47,598 nt of DNA, taken from assembly GCA_014239505.1 (NCBI GenBank), contig JAAZYT010000173.1, positions 1 to 47,598 of the forward strand, written 5' to 3'. The stretch is from Fidelibacterota bacterium. GTDB lineage: Bacteria; Fidelibacterota; Marinisomatia; Marinisomatales; TCS55. This document shows positions 27,210 to 35,778 of the stretch, one piece after another; position 1 is the first letter of the stretch, and the number at the start of each line of letters is the position of its first letter. Under the pieces are notes generated by a model that saw only the letters and a list, made by a program, of their open reading frames with translations, ran no database searches and was not told where the DNA came from. The position numbers were made by a program, and so were the translations under genes.

Positions 27210-30050
27210 ATGAAAAGAAGTTGGATTGAAACTTTTTCCGAGTCTTTAGGCCTAATATCTAAAATATCAGATAGACCTGATTGGTCTGAAGAGCAAATAA
27301 TGGAAGGGCCAAAAGAACTATATAAATATCCTGACCCAAGTGAATGGGATGACTTTACTGAGCTAGATCCCCTTGCTTGGCCCGAGAAGAAAGAACGTCA
27401 TTATTCAATTGTTCCGACAACTTGTTTTAATTGCGAATCTGCATGTGGTCTATTAGCCTATGTAGATAAAGATTCAAATAAAGTACGAAAGTTTGAAGGT
27501 AATCCACATCACCCTGGTAGTCGTGGAAGAAACTGCGCGAAGGGTCCAGCTACAATTAACCAAATTAATGATACTGAAAGAATTCTTTATCCATTAAAGC
27601 GAGTTGGTAAAAGAGGTGAAGGAAAATGGGAAAGAATATCATGGGAACAAGCCATGAATGAAATTTCAGAAAAGATTGCTTCTTCAATTCGTAAAAGGAA
27701 AGATGGTGTTGTATATCATGTAGGAAGACCTGGACACGAAGGTTATGCCGAACGTGTATTGAAAGCTTGGGGAGTCGATGGTCATAATTCGCATACAAAT
27801 ATTTGTTCAGCTGGTGCACGTACAGGATATGCTTTATGGCATAAATATGACAGACCTAGTCCTGACCATACAAATGCTGAAGTAATTTTATTAGCTTCAT
27901 CACATTTAGAAACAGGACATTATTTTAATCCACATGCACAAAGAATTATGGAAGGTATGATGAAAGGTGCAAAATTAATTGTAATGGACCCACGTCTTTC
28001 CAATACTGCTTCAATGGCAGATGAATGGATGCCGACTTATCCAGGATCAGAATCTGCAGTTTATATGGCAATGGCAAAAATTATTTTAGATGATGAATTA
28101 TATGATCGACATTATATGGAGAACTGGGTTAACTGGGATGAATATCTAAAAAAATTACATCCAAATGATCCATTAGAGTTTGATCAATTTATTAAGCGAT
28201 TAAGTGAAGAGTGGTCCGAATACACACCTGAATATGCAGCTAAAGAAGCTCAAATAGAGGCTGACCAAATAATTAGAGTAGCAAAGATGATTGGTAAAGC
28301 CGGTAGTAAGTTGTCAACCCATGTTTGGAGAGGTGCTTCCATTGGAAACTTAGGTGGTTGGCAGGTTTCTAGAACACTTCACTTATTAAATGTACTAACT
28401 GGATCTGTTGGTACTAAAGGGGGAACATCTCCAAGCGCATGGAATAAATTTCACCCTGAATTTTTTGATAATCCTCCTGGTCCTGATGCTTGGAATGAAT
28501 TGAATTGGCCCAAGGAATACACAATGGCTCATTATGAAATGAGTCAGATTTTACCACACTTAATTAAAGATGGGCGTGGAACATTAGATGTTTACTTTAC
28601 TCGTGTTTTCAACCCTGTTTGGACATATCCAGATGGATTTAGTTGGATAGAAATGCTGTCAGATAAAGAAAAAGTTGGTTGTCATATTGCTTTAACGCCA
28701 ACTTGGAATGAAACGGCATTCTTTGCTGATTATGTTTTACCAATGGGGCATGCATCAGAACGTCATGATTTAAACTCATATGAAACACAAGCTGGTGTTT
28801 GGATAGCTTTTCGACAACCAGTTCTTCGAGAAAAAGCAAGAAGAGATGGTAAAGAGATTAAATTCACACATGAAGTAAATCCAGGAGAAGTATGGGAAGA
28901 AGATGAATTTTGGATTGAGCTTTCGTGGCGGATTGACAAAGATGGTGACCTAGGTATTCGAAAGCATTTCATGAGTCCTTACAGAAAAGGTGAAAAAATA
29001 AACATAGATGAATATTATCAATATATTTTTGAGCATACTAAAGGATTACCTGAGGCTGCAAAATTAGAAGGCCTTAATGCATTAGAATATATGAGAAAAT
29101 TTGGTGCTTTCTTGGTTGATGATGCAGTCTATAAAAATAATGAAAAAGAAATTGAAGAAAGTGAATCACTCGAGCCAAATGGTCAGATTGAAAAAGATGG
29201 AAAAATAGTAGGAATTCATGTTGATGGAAAGAATTATTCAGGATTCCCAACTCCATCAAGGCGTCAAGAAATTTATTCTCAAACTATAGTTGACTTTGGT
29301 TACCCAGAGCATGCAACACCGGGATATAGGATAAAAAGCCATGTCCATAGAGATGAAATGGATTTAACAAAAAATGAATGTGTATTGCTTCCTAATTTTA
29401 GATTACCAACACATATTCATTCACGTTCAGCAAATGCTAAATGGTTAACAGAAATTGCTCATAGAAACCCTATTTGGATTCATACTAAAGATGCAAAAAG
29501 ATTAGGCGTAAAAAATGGTGATTGTTTAAAAATCACAACTGAAATTGGTTGGTTTGTAGATAAAGTTTGGGTTACTGAAGCTATAAAGCCAGGAGTTGTT
29601 GCTTGTTCTCATCATATTGGTAGGTGGCGTCGCCAGCAAGATGAGGGTAATCGTTTTATGACAAATACAGTAGATATTAGCAACTTGGGTAATGGAAAAT
29701 GGAAAATGGAAACTGTAAGAGGTATTGAACCTTGGAAAACAGATGATCCAGATACTAATAGAATATGGTGGCGAGATGGAGGTGTACATCAAAATATTAC
29801 ACATGCAACTAATCCAGACCCAATATCTGGAGCACATTGCTGGCTTCAAAAAATTAGTATTTCTATACCATTAGAAGGTGAGAAATATGGTGATATTTAC
29901 GTTGACACAAATAAGTCTTTTGAGCATTTTAAAAAATGGAATGAGTGGGCTAAGTCCAGAGAAACTCACCCTAATGGAATGCGTAGACCTTTATGGATGG
30001 GACGTCCACTAACTCCACAAAAGAATCAATTTTATTTAGATAATTCTTAA
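27210..30050 (+). CDS. Molybdopterin (bis-MGD) oxidoreductase catalytic subunit, Psr/Phs/Ttr/Soe-like, with no Tat signal
   Basis: N-terminal [4Fe-4S] motif CFNCESAC-X29-C (..HHPGSRGRNCAKG). Candidate Mo-ligand Cys in TNICSAGARTG. 946 aa. The N-terminus MKRSWIETFSESLG has no RRxF(L/I)K motif. An in-frame TGA 9 nt upstream prevents N-terminal extension. Confidence 0.85.
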   Translation: MKRSWIETFSESLGLISKISDRPDWSEEQIMEGPKELYKYPDPSEWDDFTELDPLAWPEKKERHYSIVPTTCFNCESACGLLAYVDKDSNKVRKFEGNPHHPGSRGRNCAKGPATINQINDTERILYPLKRVGKRGEGKWERISWEQAMNEISEKIASSIRKRKDGVVYHVGRPGHEGYAERVLKAWGVDGHNSHTNICSAGARTGYALWHKYDRPSPDHTNAEVILLASSHLETGHYFNPHAQRIMEGMMKGAKLIVMDPRLSNTASMADEWMPTYPGSESAVYMAMAKIILDDELYDRHYMENWVNWDEYLKKLHPNDPLEFDQFIKRLSEEWSEYTPEYAAKEAQIEADQIIRVAKMIGKAGSKLSTHVWRGASIGNLGGWQVSRTLHLLNVLTGSVGTKGGTSPSAWNKFHPEFFDNPPGPDAWNELNWPKEYTMAHYEMSQILPHLIKDGRGTLDVYFTRVFNPVWTYPDGFSWIEMLSDKEKVGCHIALTPTWNETAFFADYVLPMGHASERHDLNSYETQAGVWIAFRQPVLREKARRDGKEIKFTHEVNPGEVWEEDEFWIELSWRIDKDGDLGIRKHFMSPYRKGEKINIDEYYQYIFEHTKGLPEAAKLEGLNALEYMRKFGAFLVDDAVYKNNEKEIEESESLEPNGQIEKDGKIVGIHVDGKNYSGFPTPSRRQEIYSQTIVDFGYPEHATPGYRIKSHVHRDEMDLTKNECVLLPNFRLPTHIHSRSANAKWLTEIAHRNPIWIHTKDAKRLGVKNGDCLKITTEIGWFVDKVWVTEAIKPGVVACSHHIGRWRRQQDEGNRFMTNTVDISNLGNGKWKMETVRGIEPWKTDDPDTNRIWWRDGGVHQNITHATNPDPISGAHCWLQKISISIPLEGEKYGDIYVDTNKSFEHFKKWNEWAKSRETHPNGMRRPLWMGRPLTPQKNQFYLDNS

Positions 30051-30074
30051 TAGATTCTCCACAATCTCTTAGCC

Positions 30075-30180
30075 AAAAAACCTAAATCTAGCTTAATAGA
30101 TATGGTTTTAGGCCGGTACGGTTCTGAAGGAAACATCAGAATTTGCTCCCGATCCTCTTTTTATTAAGAGGTGACTTGGA
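30075..30180 (+). promoter_or_regulatory. Structured, locally GC-rich leader upstream of moaA; candidate Moco riboswitch or SD-sequestering element
   Basis: Hairpin 1 (30081-30112): CCTAA/TTAGG plus ATCTA/TAGAT. Hairpin 2 (30122-30141): TTCTGA/TCAGAA with loop AGGAAACA. Hairpin 3 (30054-30071): CCTCTT pairs with AAGAGG of the SD, AAGAGGTGA. A CTCCCGATCC segment resembles the Moco-motif CUCCGAGCC from memory, but it is in an unexpected position. Confidence 0.35.
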
Positions 30181-31227
30181 ATGAGAATGGAAAATATAAA
30201 TAAAATAAATGCACCCTTGGATAGCAGTGAAAAATCTGTTTATCCTAAAATTGTTGATAAGCACAATCGTTCTTTCAACTATCTTCGCTTAGCAGTAAAT
30301 GAATATTGTAATCTTCGATGTATTTACTGTATGCCTGAAGAAGGCCTTCCTCTAAGGAATAAAAATGAATTACTCTCAAAACAAGAAATAAAAAAACTGA
30401 TTAATATTTCTGCGCAGCTAGGTGTCTCAAAAATAAGATTTACTGGTGGAGAGCCTTTATTGAGAAAAGATATAAATGAACTAGTTAAATATGCAGTAAG
30501 TCTTAATGGTATTGAGTCAGTTAACTTGACTACTAATGGTATTCTTCTAAATAAATATTTAAAAGATTTTGAATTAGCTGGTTTAACAGGAATCAATATT
30601 AGTCTTGATACTTTAAGGCCAGATAGATTTATTAAAATTACAAGAAGGGACAATCTTAGAGAGGTCTTAGATAATATACAGCTAGCAATAAAATCGAATA
30701 TTGCTTCAATTAAAATTAATGTTGTTGTTATGCGAGATTTTAATCACGATGAGCTTATGGATTTTATAAATCTCACGATAGAAAATGATATTACTGTTCG
30801 TTTCATTGAACTGATGCCTTTTGATTCTCATCAAATTTGGAAAACTGGTAAATTTTATAAATCAAAAGATATTTTAAAAGATATTCAAGAAAAATCAAAT
30901 CAAATAAAATTAATTGATGGCTCTAATACAGAATATTATGCTTTGCAAATTCAAGGAGCAAAAGGCAAAGTCGCAGTAATCCCTTCATATACTCGTAGTT
31001 TATGTGGAAAGTGTAACAGAATAAGAATTACAGCTGATGGGAAATTATTAAATTGTCTTTATAGCGAAGACGGATTCAACTTAAAAACAATTATTCAAAA
31101 TGGTGGTACGGATGAAGAGGTAAGATCAATAATCCTAAAATCATTTGTTAATAAATATAAAGATGGTTGGCTAGCTCAAAATAGTAGTGAGAATCAAAGA
31201 GAATCAATGTCTCAAATTGGAGGTTAA
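30181..31227 (+). CDS. moaA: GTP 3',8-cyclase MoaA (radical SAM)
   Basis: CNLRCIYCMPEEG radical-SAM cluster. C-terminal CGKCNRIRITADGKLLNC cluster. Ends ...SQIGG. Confidence 0.9.
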   Translation: MRMENINKINAPLDSSEKSVYPKIVDKHNRSFNYLRLAVNEYCNLRCIYCMPEEGLPLRNKNELLSKQEIKKLINISAQLGVSKIRFTGGEPLLRKDINELVKYAVSLNGIESVNLTTNGILLNKYLKDFELAGLTGINISLDTLRPDRFIKITRRDNLREVLDNIQLAIKSNIASIKINVVVMRDFNHDELMDFINLTIENDITVRFIELMPFDSHQIWKTGKFYKSKDILKDIQEKSNQIKLIDGSNTEYYALQIQGAKGKVAVIPSYTRSLCGKCNRIRITADGKLLNCLYSEDGFNLKTIIQNGGTDEEVRSIILKSFVNKYKDGWLAQNSSENQRESMSQIGG

Positions 31228-31228
31228 A

Positions 31229-32170
31229 ATGGAAGAGTTATCACATTTAGATGAAGAGGGGAACGTTAAAATGGTGGATGTAACGAATAAAACATCAAAT
31301 AATAGAATTGCAAAAGCTGAAGGAAAAATAACAATGCTCCCCGAGACAATTATAGCAATTCAATCAAGTAGCTTGCCGAAAGGGAATGTTTTAACTACAG
31401 CAAAAATTGCTGGAATATTAGCTGCAAAAAAAACCTCAGATTTAATTCCAATGTGTCATCAATTAAACCTTTCTAATATTGATATTGTATTCAAAATTGA
31501 ATCAAAGGCTATAACTATTTCTTCTGAAGTTAAAGTAAAAGAGTCCACTGGTGTAGAGATGGAAGCATTAACTGCAGTTTCAATTACTGCACTCACTATT
31601 TATGATATGTGTAAAGCAATAGACAAATCAATGTCAATTGGTGAAATCAAGTTAATTGAAAAAGTTGGAGGTAAAACTGATCATTTAACAGATTATCGTC
31701 CTAGTATTGGTGTAATTACAATTAGTGATTCTATTTCCAAATCAGAAGCAAAAGATATTTCGGGCTTAATCTTAGCTGATGGATTTAAAGAGGTAGGCTG
31801 TAACGTCGATCATCAATGTATTCTACCTGATGGATCTAAAGAATTATTATCTACGATAAAACTTTGGAGTAACGAAGGAGTTGAATTAATCATTTCAACT
31901 GGTGGAACAGGTTTAGGCCCACGAGATTTAACAATTGAAACATTAGAAAAGCATTTTAATTCAAATTTACCTGGAATAGAGCAAGCATTGCATGCATATG
32001 GACGGTCAAAAGTAAAAACTTCAATTTTGTCAAGGTTGAAAGCAGGATTAATTGATAAAACAATTGTAATTTGTATTCCTGGTAGCCCTAGTGCAGCTAA
32101 GGATGCATTAAATGTTTTAATTCCAACTATTTTTCATTTATTTCATATGATGAAAGGTGAAAAGCATTGA
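31229..32170 (+). CDS. moaC: Fusion of cyclic pyranopterin monophosphate synthase MoaC with a MogA/MoaB domain
   Basis: The MoaC region has MVDVTNKTSNNRIAKAEG and CHQLNLS. The C-terminal MogA-type region has STGGTGLGPRD. I prefer the ATG at 31229 (GGAGGTTAAAATG, right after the moaA stop) over the track start at 31187, which overlaps moaA. Confidence 0.85.
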   Translation: MEELSHLDEEGNVKMVDVTNKTSNNRIAKAEGKITMLPETIIAIQSSSLPKGNVLTTAKIAGILAAKKTSDLIPMCHQLNLSNIDIVFKIESKAITISSEVKVKESTGVEMEALTAVSITALTIYDMCKAIDKSMSIGEIKLIEKVGGKTDHLTDYRPSIGVITISDSISKSEAKDISGLILADGFKEVGCNVDHQCILPDGSKELLSTIKLWSNEGVELIISTGGTGLGPRDLTIETLEKHFNSNLPGIEQALHAYGRSKVKTSILSRLKAGLIDKTIVICIPGSPSAAKDALNVLIPTIFHLFHMMKGEKH

Positions 32171-32907
32171 TAGAAAATATTCTTCCAATACTTTTTTTCA
32201 TAATTGCATTTATTTACTCTTCAGCAGGCTTAGGAGGGGCCTCTTCTTATACAGCAATTATGGCAATTATGGGTATAAGTTATCAGATAATTCCAACTAC
32301 ATCTTTAGCGTTAAATATTGTGGTTACTTTTTTTGGAACAATCAATTATTGGCGTAATGGTTATGGCAAAATAAAATTGGTTGGACCATTCCTTATCACA
32401 TCTATACCTATGGCATATATTGCGGGTTCATTGAATTTAAATGAATTGATGTTCCAGACTGCTTTGTTGGTAACATTAATTTTAGTTGTTATAAGAATTT
32501 ACTTTTTTGATACTTTTACTTTTTCATTTCAATTATCTCCAATAAGAAAATGGATTTTCATTATTCTATTAGGTTCGATACTAGGCTTTAGTGCTGGTGC
32601 GATAGGAATTGGTGGAGGAATTTATCTTGTACCTTTAATAATTATATTTGGCTTGGGATCAGAAAAAGAAGCTGCTGCTGCTGGTGCGACATTTATTTTT
32701 ATGAATTCTTTAGTAGGTTTTATAGCGCGATTTAAATCTGGCACTTTTGATCTTGATTTTATTTTACCATTAATTTGTTCTGTGGCTATTGGAGGTTTTT
32801 TGGGTTCATATTATGGGTCAAAAAAATATGATGCTAAGACAATACAAAAAGTAATGGGTGGAATAATAATTATAGCTATCATTTTATTAACTCAAAAAAT
32901 ATTATGA
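32167..32907 (+). CDS. TSUP-family (TauE/SafE, DUF81) anion permease
   Basis: 8-TM protein with SSAGLGGASS and GAIGIGGGIYLVP repeats. TTG start overlaps the upstream TGA (TTGA). Its stop overlaps the moeA ATG (ATGA). Confidence 0.8.
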   Translation: MIENILPILFFIIAFIYSSAGLGGASSYTAIMAIMGISYQIIPTTSLALNIVVTFFGTINYWRNGYGKIKLVGPFLITSIPMAYIAGSLNLNELMFQTALLVTLILVVIRIYFFDTFTFSFQLSPIRKWIFIILLGSILGFSAGAIGIGGGIYLVPLIIIFGLGSEKEAAAAGATFIFMNSLVGFIARFKSGTFDLDFILPLICSVAIGGFLGSYYGSKKYDAKTIQKVMGGIIIIAIILLTQKIL

Positions 32908-34127
32908 TATCGGTTAATGAGGCTAAATCAATTATCAATAATAATATTATTGAATTAAAACCAGAGTCTGTTGATTTAAGTAATTCGTCTGGAAGAATTT
33001 TAGCACAGAAAACTATAGCTAATCTTTCTTCACCTTCATTTGATAATTCTGCTATGGATGGATTTGCTGTTCGATCATCTGATACAATTGGTGCAACTAA
33101 GAATAATTGCGTATCATTAATAAACATAGATGTGAGTTCTGCTGGATCACCATCTGATTTGGTATTAAAAAAAGGTGAATGTATTCAATGTATGACGGGA
33201 GCAAAAATACCTAATGGAGCTGATGCTATAATTATGGTTGAAGACAGTAGCGGCTTTTCAAATAGCAAAAATGTTCAAATCATGATTGAAGCTCAAGTTG
33301 GACAACATATCCGCAAAATGGGTGAAGAGATTAATAAAGGTGATACTCTAATAAAAAAAGGCACAACATTAACTACTAGTGAAATTGGAGTTTGTGCTTC
33401 TTTTGGTTATAGTCAATTATCAGTCTCAAAAAAACCAAAAGTTGCTATTTTTGCAACGGGGAATGAATTAGTTGAACCAGGGAAAGATTTAAAAGAAGGA
33501 GAAATTTATAATTCAAATCTTTTTCTTTTTGCAGATTTAGTTAAGAAAGCTGGTTCAAAAGTTGTAGTAAGGAATGTAATTAAAGATGATAAATCTTCAC
33601 TCAAATCATTTTTATTTGATGCGCTTGAAACTTGTGATGTGATTATTTCTTCTGGTGGTGTATCTATGGGGCGCTATGATTACGTTAGAGAAGTTTTTAT
33701 AGATTTAGGAGTGAAAGAGCACTTTTGGAAAGTTGCTCAAAAACCGGGTAAACCATTTTTCTTTGGTACTAATAATAAAAGTTTGATCTTTGGATTACCG
33801 GGTAACCCTGTTTCATCTTACATTGGGTTTATGATATGGGTATGGCCTGTACTTAAACAATTAATGGGGTCTATAAAAGATAAGTCCACTAAAGGGATAT
33901 TGTCAGAACCTTTTCCATTAGAAAAATTGAAACAAAGATATCTATTTGGACAATCATGGATAGAGAATGGAGAATTAAGATGTAAAGCTTCTACAAAAAT
34001 AGGTTCTCATATGCTTTCATCAGCATTGGAAGCAAATTGTATCTTAAGTGCAAATAAAGGTAAAGGGTTTTTAAAACCAGGTGATTTTATAGATGTTACC
34101 ATGCTTCCCTGGAAAACTATAAAATGA
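32904..34127 (+). CDS. moeA: Molybdopterin molybdenumtransferase MoeA
   Basis: SPSFDNSAMDGFAV, ISSGGVSMGRYDYV and GLPGNPVSS. Confidence 0.9.
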   Translation: MISVNEAKSIINNNIIELKPESVDLSNSSGRILAQKTIANLSSPSFDNSAMDGFAVRSSDTIGATKNNCVSLINIDVSSAGSPSDLVLKKGECIQCMTGAKIPNGADAIIMVEDSSGFSNSKNVQIMIEAQVGQHIRKMGEEINKGDTLIKKGTTLTTSEIGVCASFGYSQLSVSKKPKVAIFATGNELVEPGKDLKEGEIYNSNLFLFADLVKKAGSKVVVRNVIKDDKSSLKSFLFDALETCDVIISSGGVSMGRYDYVREVFIDLGVKEHFWKVAQKPGKPFFFGTNNKSLIFGLPGNPVSSYIGFMIWVWPVLKQLMGSIKDKSTKGILSEPFPLEKLKQRYLFGQSWIENGELRCKASTKIGSHMLSSALEANCILSANKGKGFLKPGDFIDVTMLPWKTIK

Positions 34128-35092
34128 TTATAACGCCTGAAGTTTTAAATAAACAAAAAAATGACTTCACAATTATTGATGTTCGCTCAGATGAAGAACG
34201 ACAGAATTTTCCATTATTAGGTTTAGATACAATTTTATCTTCGTATGATGAAAGTATAAATGTAGCGGGGAAAAAAGTTTTAGTTTGTCAGTTTGGGATA
34301 GTTACTGAAGGAATGATAATTGAAAAAAATATTAATAATGCATTTAGTTTATTAGGAGGCGCTCAAGCTTGGGTAGAGTATTATAATGAAAATAAAGACT
34401 TAAGTCGATGGACAAGGCAAATTGTCCTTCCTGAGATTGGAATTGAAGGTCAAAAAAAGTTGTTAAATTGTCAGGTTTCAATAATTGGAATGGGAGGGCT
34501 TGGGTGTCCAGTTGCACAGTCGCTTGTCATGGCAGGTATTGGAAAATTAAAATTAATTGATGATGATTTTGTGTCTATTTCTAATCTTCACAGACAACCA
34601 TTATATAGTTTTCAAGATGTAAACAAGAAAAAAATTCTTGCGGCAAAATCAAAATTAAAAGCTTTAAATCCTGAAGTGACAATTGAAACTGATGATGTTT
34701 TTTTTGATGATAAAAATGGAGAAGAACTATTATTAAATACAGATGTGATAATTGATGCTACAGATAATATTAAGAGCAGACAAAGGATTGACCAAATCTC
34801 TAAAAAATTAAAGATTCCAACAGTATACGGCGCGCTTTTTCGATTTGAAGGTCAAGTCTCTATTTTAAATGTAAATGGTAGTGCAGGTTATAATGAACTT
34901 TTTCCAAATTCAAATACTAATGGTGAAGATTCATGTGCAGATGCTGGAGTGTTATCTATGCTGCCGGCTATTATCGGAAATATCCAAGCATTAGAAGCAA
35001 TTAAATTAATTGTGGGTATAAATAATAACTTAATTGGCAAACTATTGATGTACGATGGAATGAATCATAAAACGGAAGTTATTGAATTATGA
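34124..35092 (+). CDS. moeB: MoeB/ThiF-type adenylyltransferase with an N-terminal rhodanese-like domain
   Basis: The first ~90 aa are rhodanese-like (IIDVRSDEE..., KVLVCQFGIVTEG). ThiF signatures follow: IIGMGGLGCPVAQSLVMAGIG, DDDFVSISNLHRQ and CADAGVL. Confidence 0.8.
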   Translation: MIITPEVLNKQKNDFTIIDVRSDEERQNFPLLGLDTILSSYDESINVAGKKVLVCQFGIVTEGMIIEKNINNAFSLLGGAQAWVEYYNENKDLSRWTRQIVLPEIGIEGQKKLLNCQVSIIGMGGLGCPVAQSLVMAGIGKLKLIDDDFVSISNLHRQPLYSFQDVNKKKILAAKSKLKALNPEVTIETDDVFFDDKNGEELLLNTDVIIDATDNIKSRQRIDQISKKLKIPTVYGALFRFEGQVSILNVNGSAGYNELFPNSNTNGEDSCADAGVLSMLPAIIGNIQALEAIKLIVGINNNLIGKLLMYDGMNHKTEVIEL

Positions 35093-35334
35093 TAAATATA
35101 AAAGTTAAGTGTTTTTCACAAGTAAAATATGCTTTAGGTGCTGATGAATTAACCTTTCAATTAGATGATAATACTACTTCAATTGATCTTGAAAAAATTA
35201 TTAGAAAAAAGGCTGGAAAAAAGTTAAACAATGTTTCTCTTCGAATTGCTATAAATAAAAAATATCAAAAAGAAGAGATTGTTCTTCAAAATGGTGATGA
35301 AGTTGTTTTTATTCCTCCTGTGCAAGGAGGTTAA
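35089..35334 (+). CDS. moaD: Molybdopterin synthase sulfur-carrier subunit MoaD
   Basis: 81 aa, ubiquitin-like, ending in ...FIPPVQGG. ATGA overlap with moeB. Confidence 0.85.
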   Translation: MINIKVKCFSQVKYALGADELTFQLDDNTTSIDLEKIIRKKAGKKLNNVSLRIAINKKYQKEEIVLQNGDEVVFIPPVQGG

Positions 35335-35754
35335 ATGGTAATTATCGAAATTATAAATAAACCAATTAAATCATTTCTCATTACTAATGATGCTAATCAA
35401 AATGGAGCAGAATTAGTTTTTAATGGTCGGGTACGAGGGACAGAAAAAGGAAAGCCAATACAATATTTAGAATATGAATATTATGAAGGAATGGCTGAAG
35501 CTGAATTAAAGCTTCTAGCTAATAAAGTTTGTAAAAAATTTACTATAAATCATCTTTATTGCCGACATAGAGTTGGAAAAGTCAAAGCTGGTGAAATTAG
35601 CATTCATATAATTATTTTATCAAAGCACCGCAAAGAAGCAATTAAAGCGATGGATTGGTTCATTATTAAACTTAAAAAAAATGTTCCTATTTGGAAATGG
35701 GCTATTTTAAATGATGGTACGAAAGTTCCGAGTGATTGCATACACCCAAACTAA
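35335..35754 (+). CDS. moaE: Molybdopterin synthase catalytic subunit MoaE
   Basis: GAELVFNGRVRG, LEYEYYEGMAE, RHRVGKVKAGE and PIWKW. The start directly abuts the moaD stop (TAAATG). Confidence 0.8.
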   Translation: MVIIEIINKPIKSFLITNDANQNGAELVFNGRVRGTEKGKPIQYLEYEYYEGMAEAELKLLANKVCKKFTINHLYCRHRVGKVKAGEISIHIIILSKHRKEAIKAMDWFIIKLKKNVPIWKWAILNDGTKVPSDCIHPN

Positions 35755-35778
35755 AATACATCTAAATTCTAGTACGCA

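Noticed and set aside
27210-27300. A possible hidden Tat (twin-arginine) leader or selenocysteine in the Mo catalytic subunit.
   Set aside because: The N-terminus has no RR motif, and an in-frame TGA 9 nt upstream blocks extension. There is no internal in-frame TGA, and the probable Mo ligand is a normal Cys codon.
31187-31228. The track's longer start for the moaC-mog fusion (31187), overlapping moaA by 41 nt. Similar long starts occur at 37122 (USP) and 41773 (HdrD-like).
   Set aside because: In each case a downstream ATG is preceded by an SD or a stop-start overlap, and coincides with the conserved N-terminus: MEELSHLDEEG at 31229, MKILIAVSS at 37191 and MLNHS at 41785. The extensions add non-conserved or hydrophobic read-through of the upstream gene.
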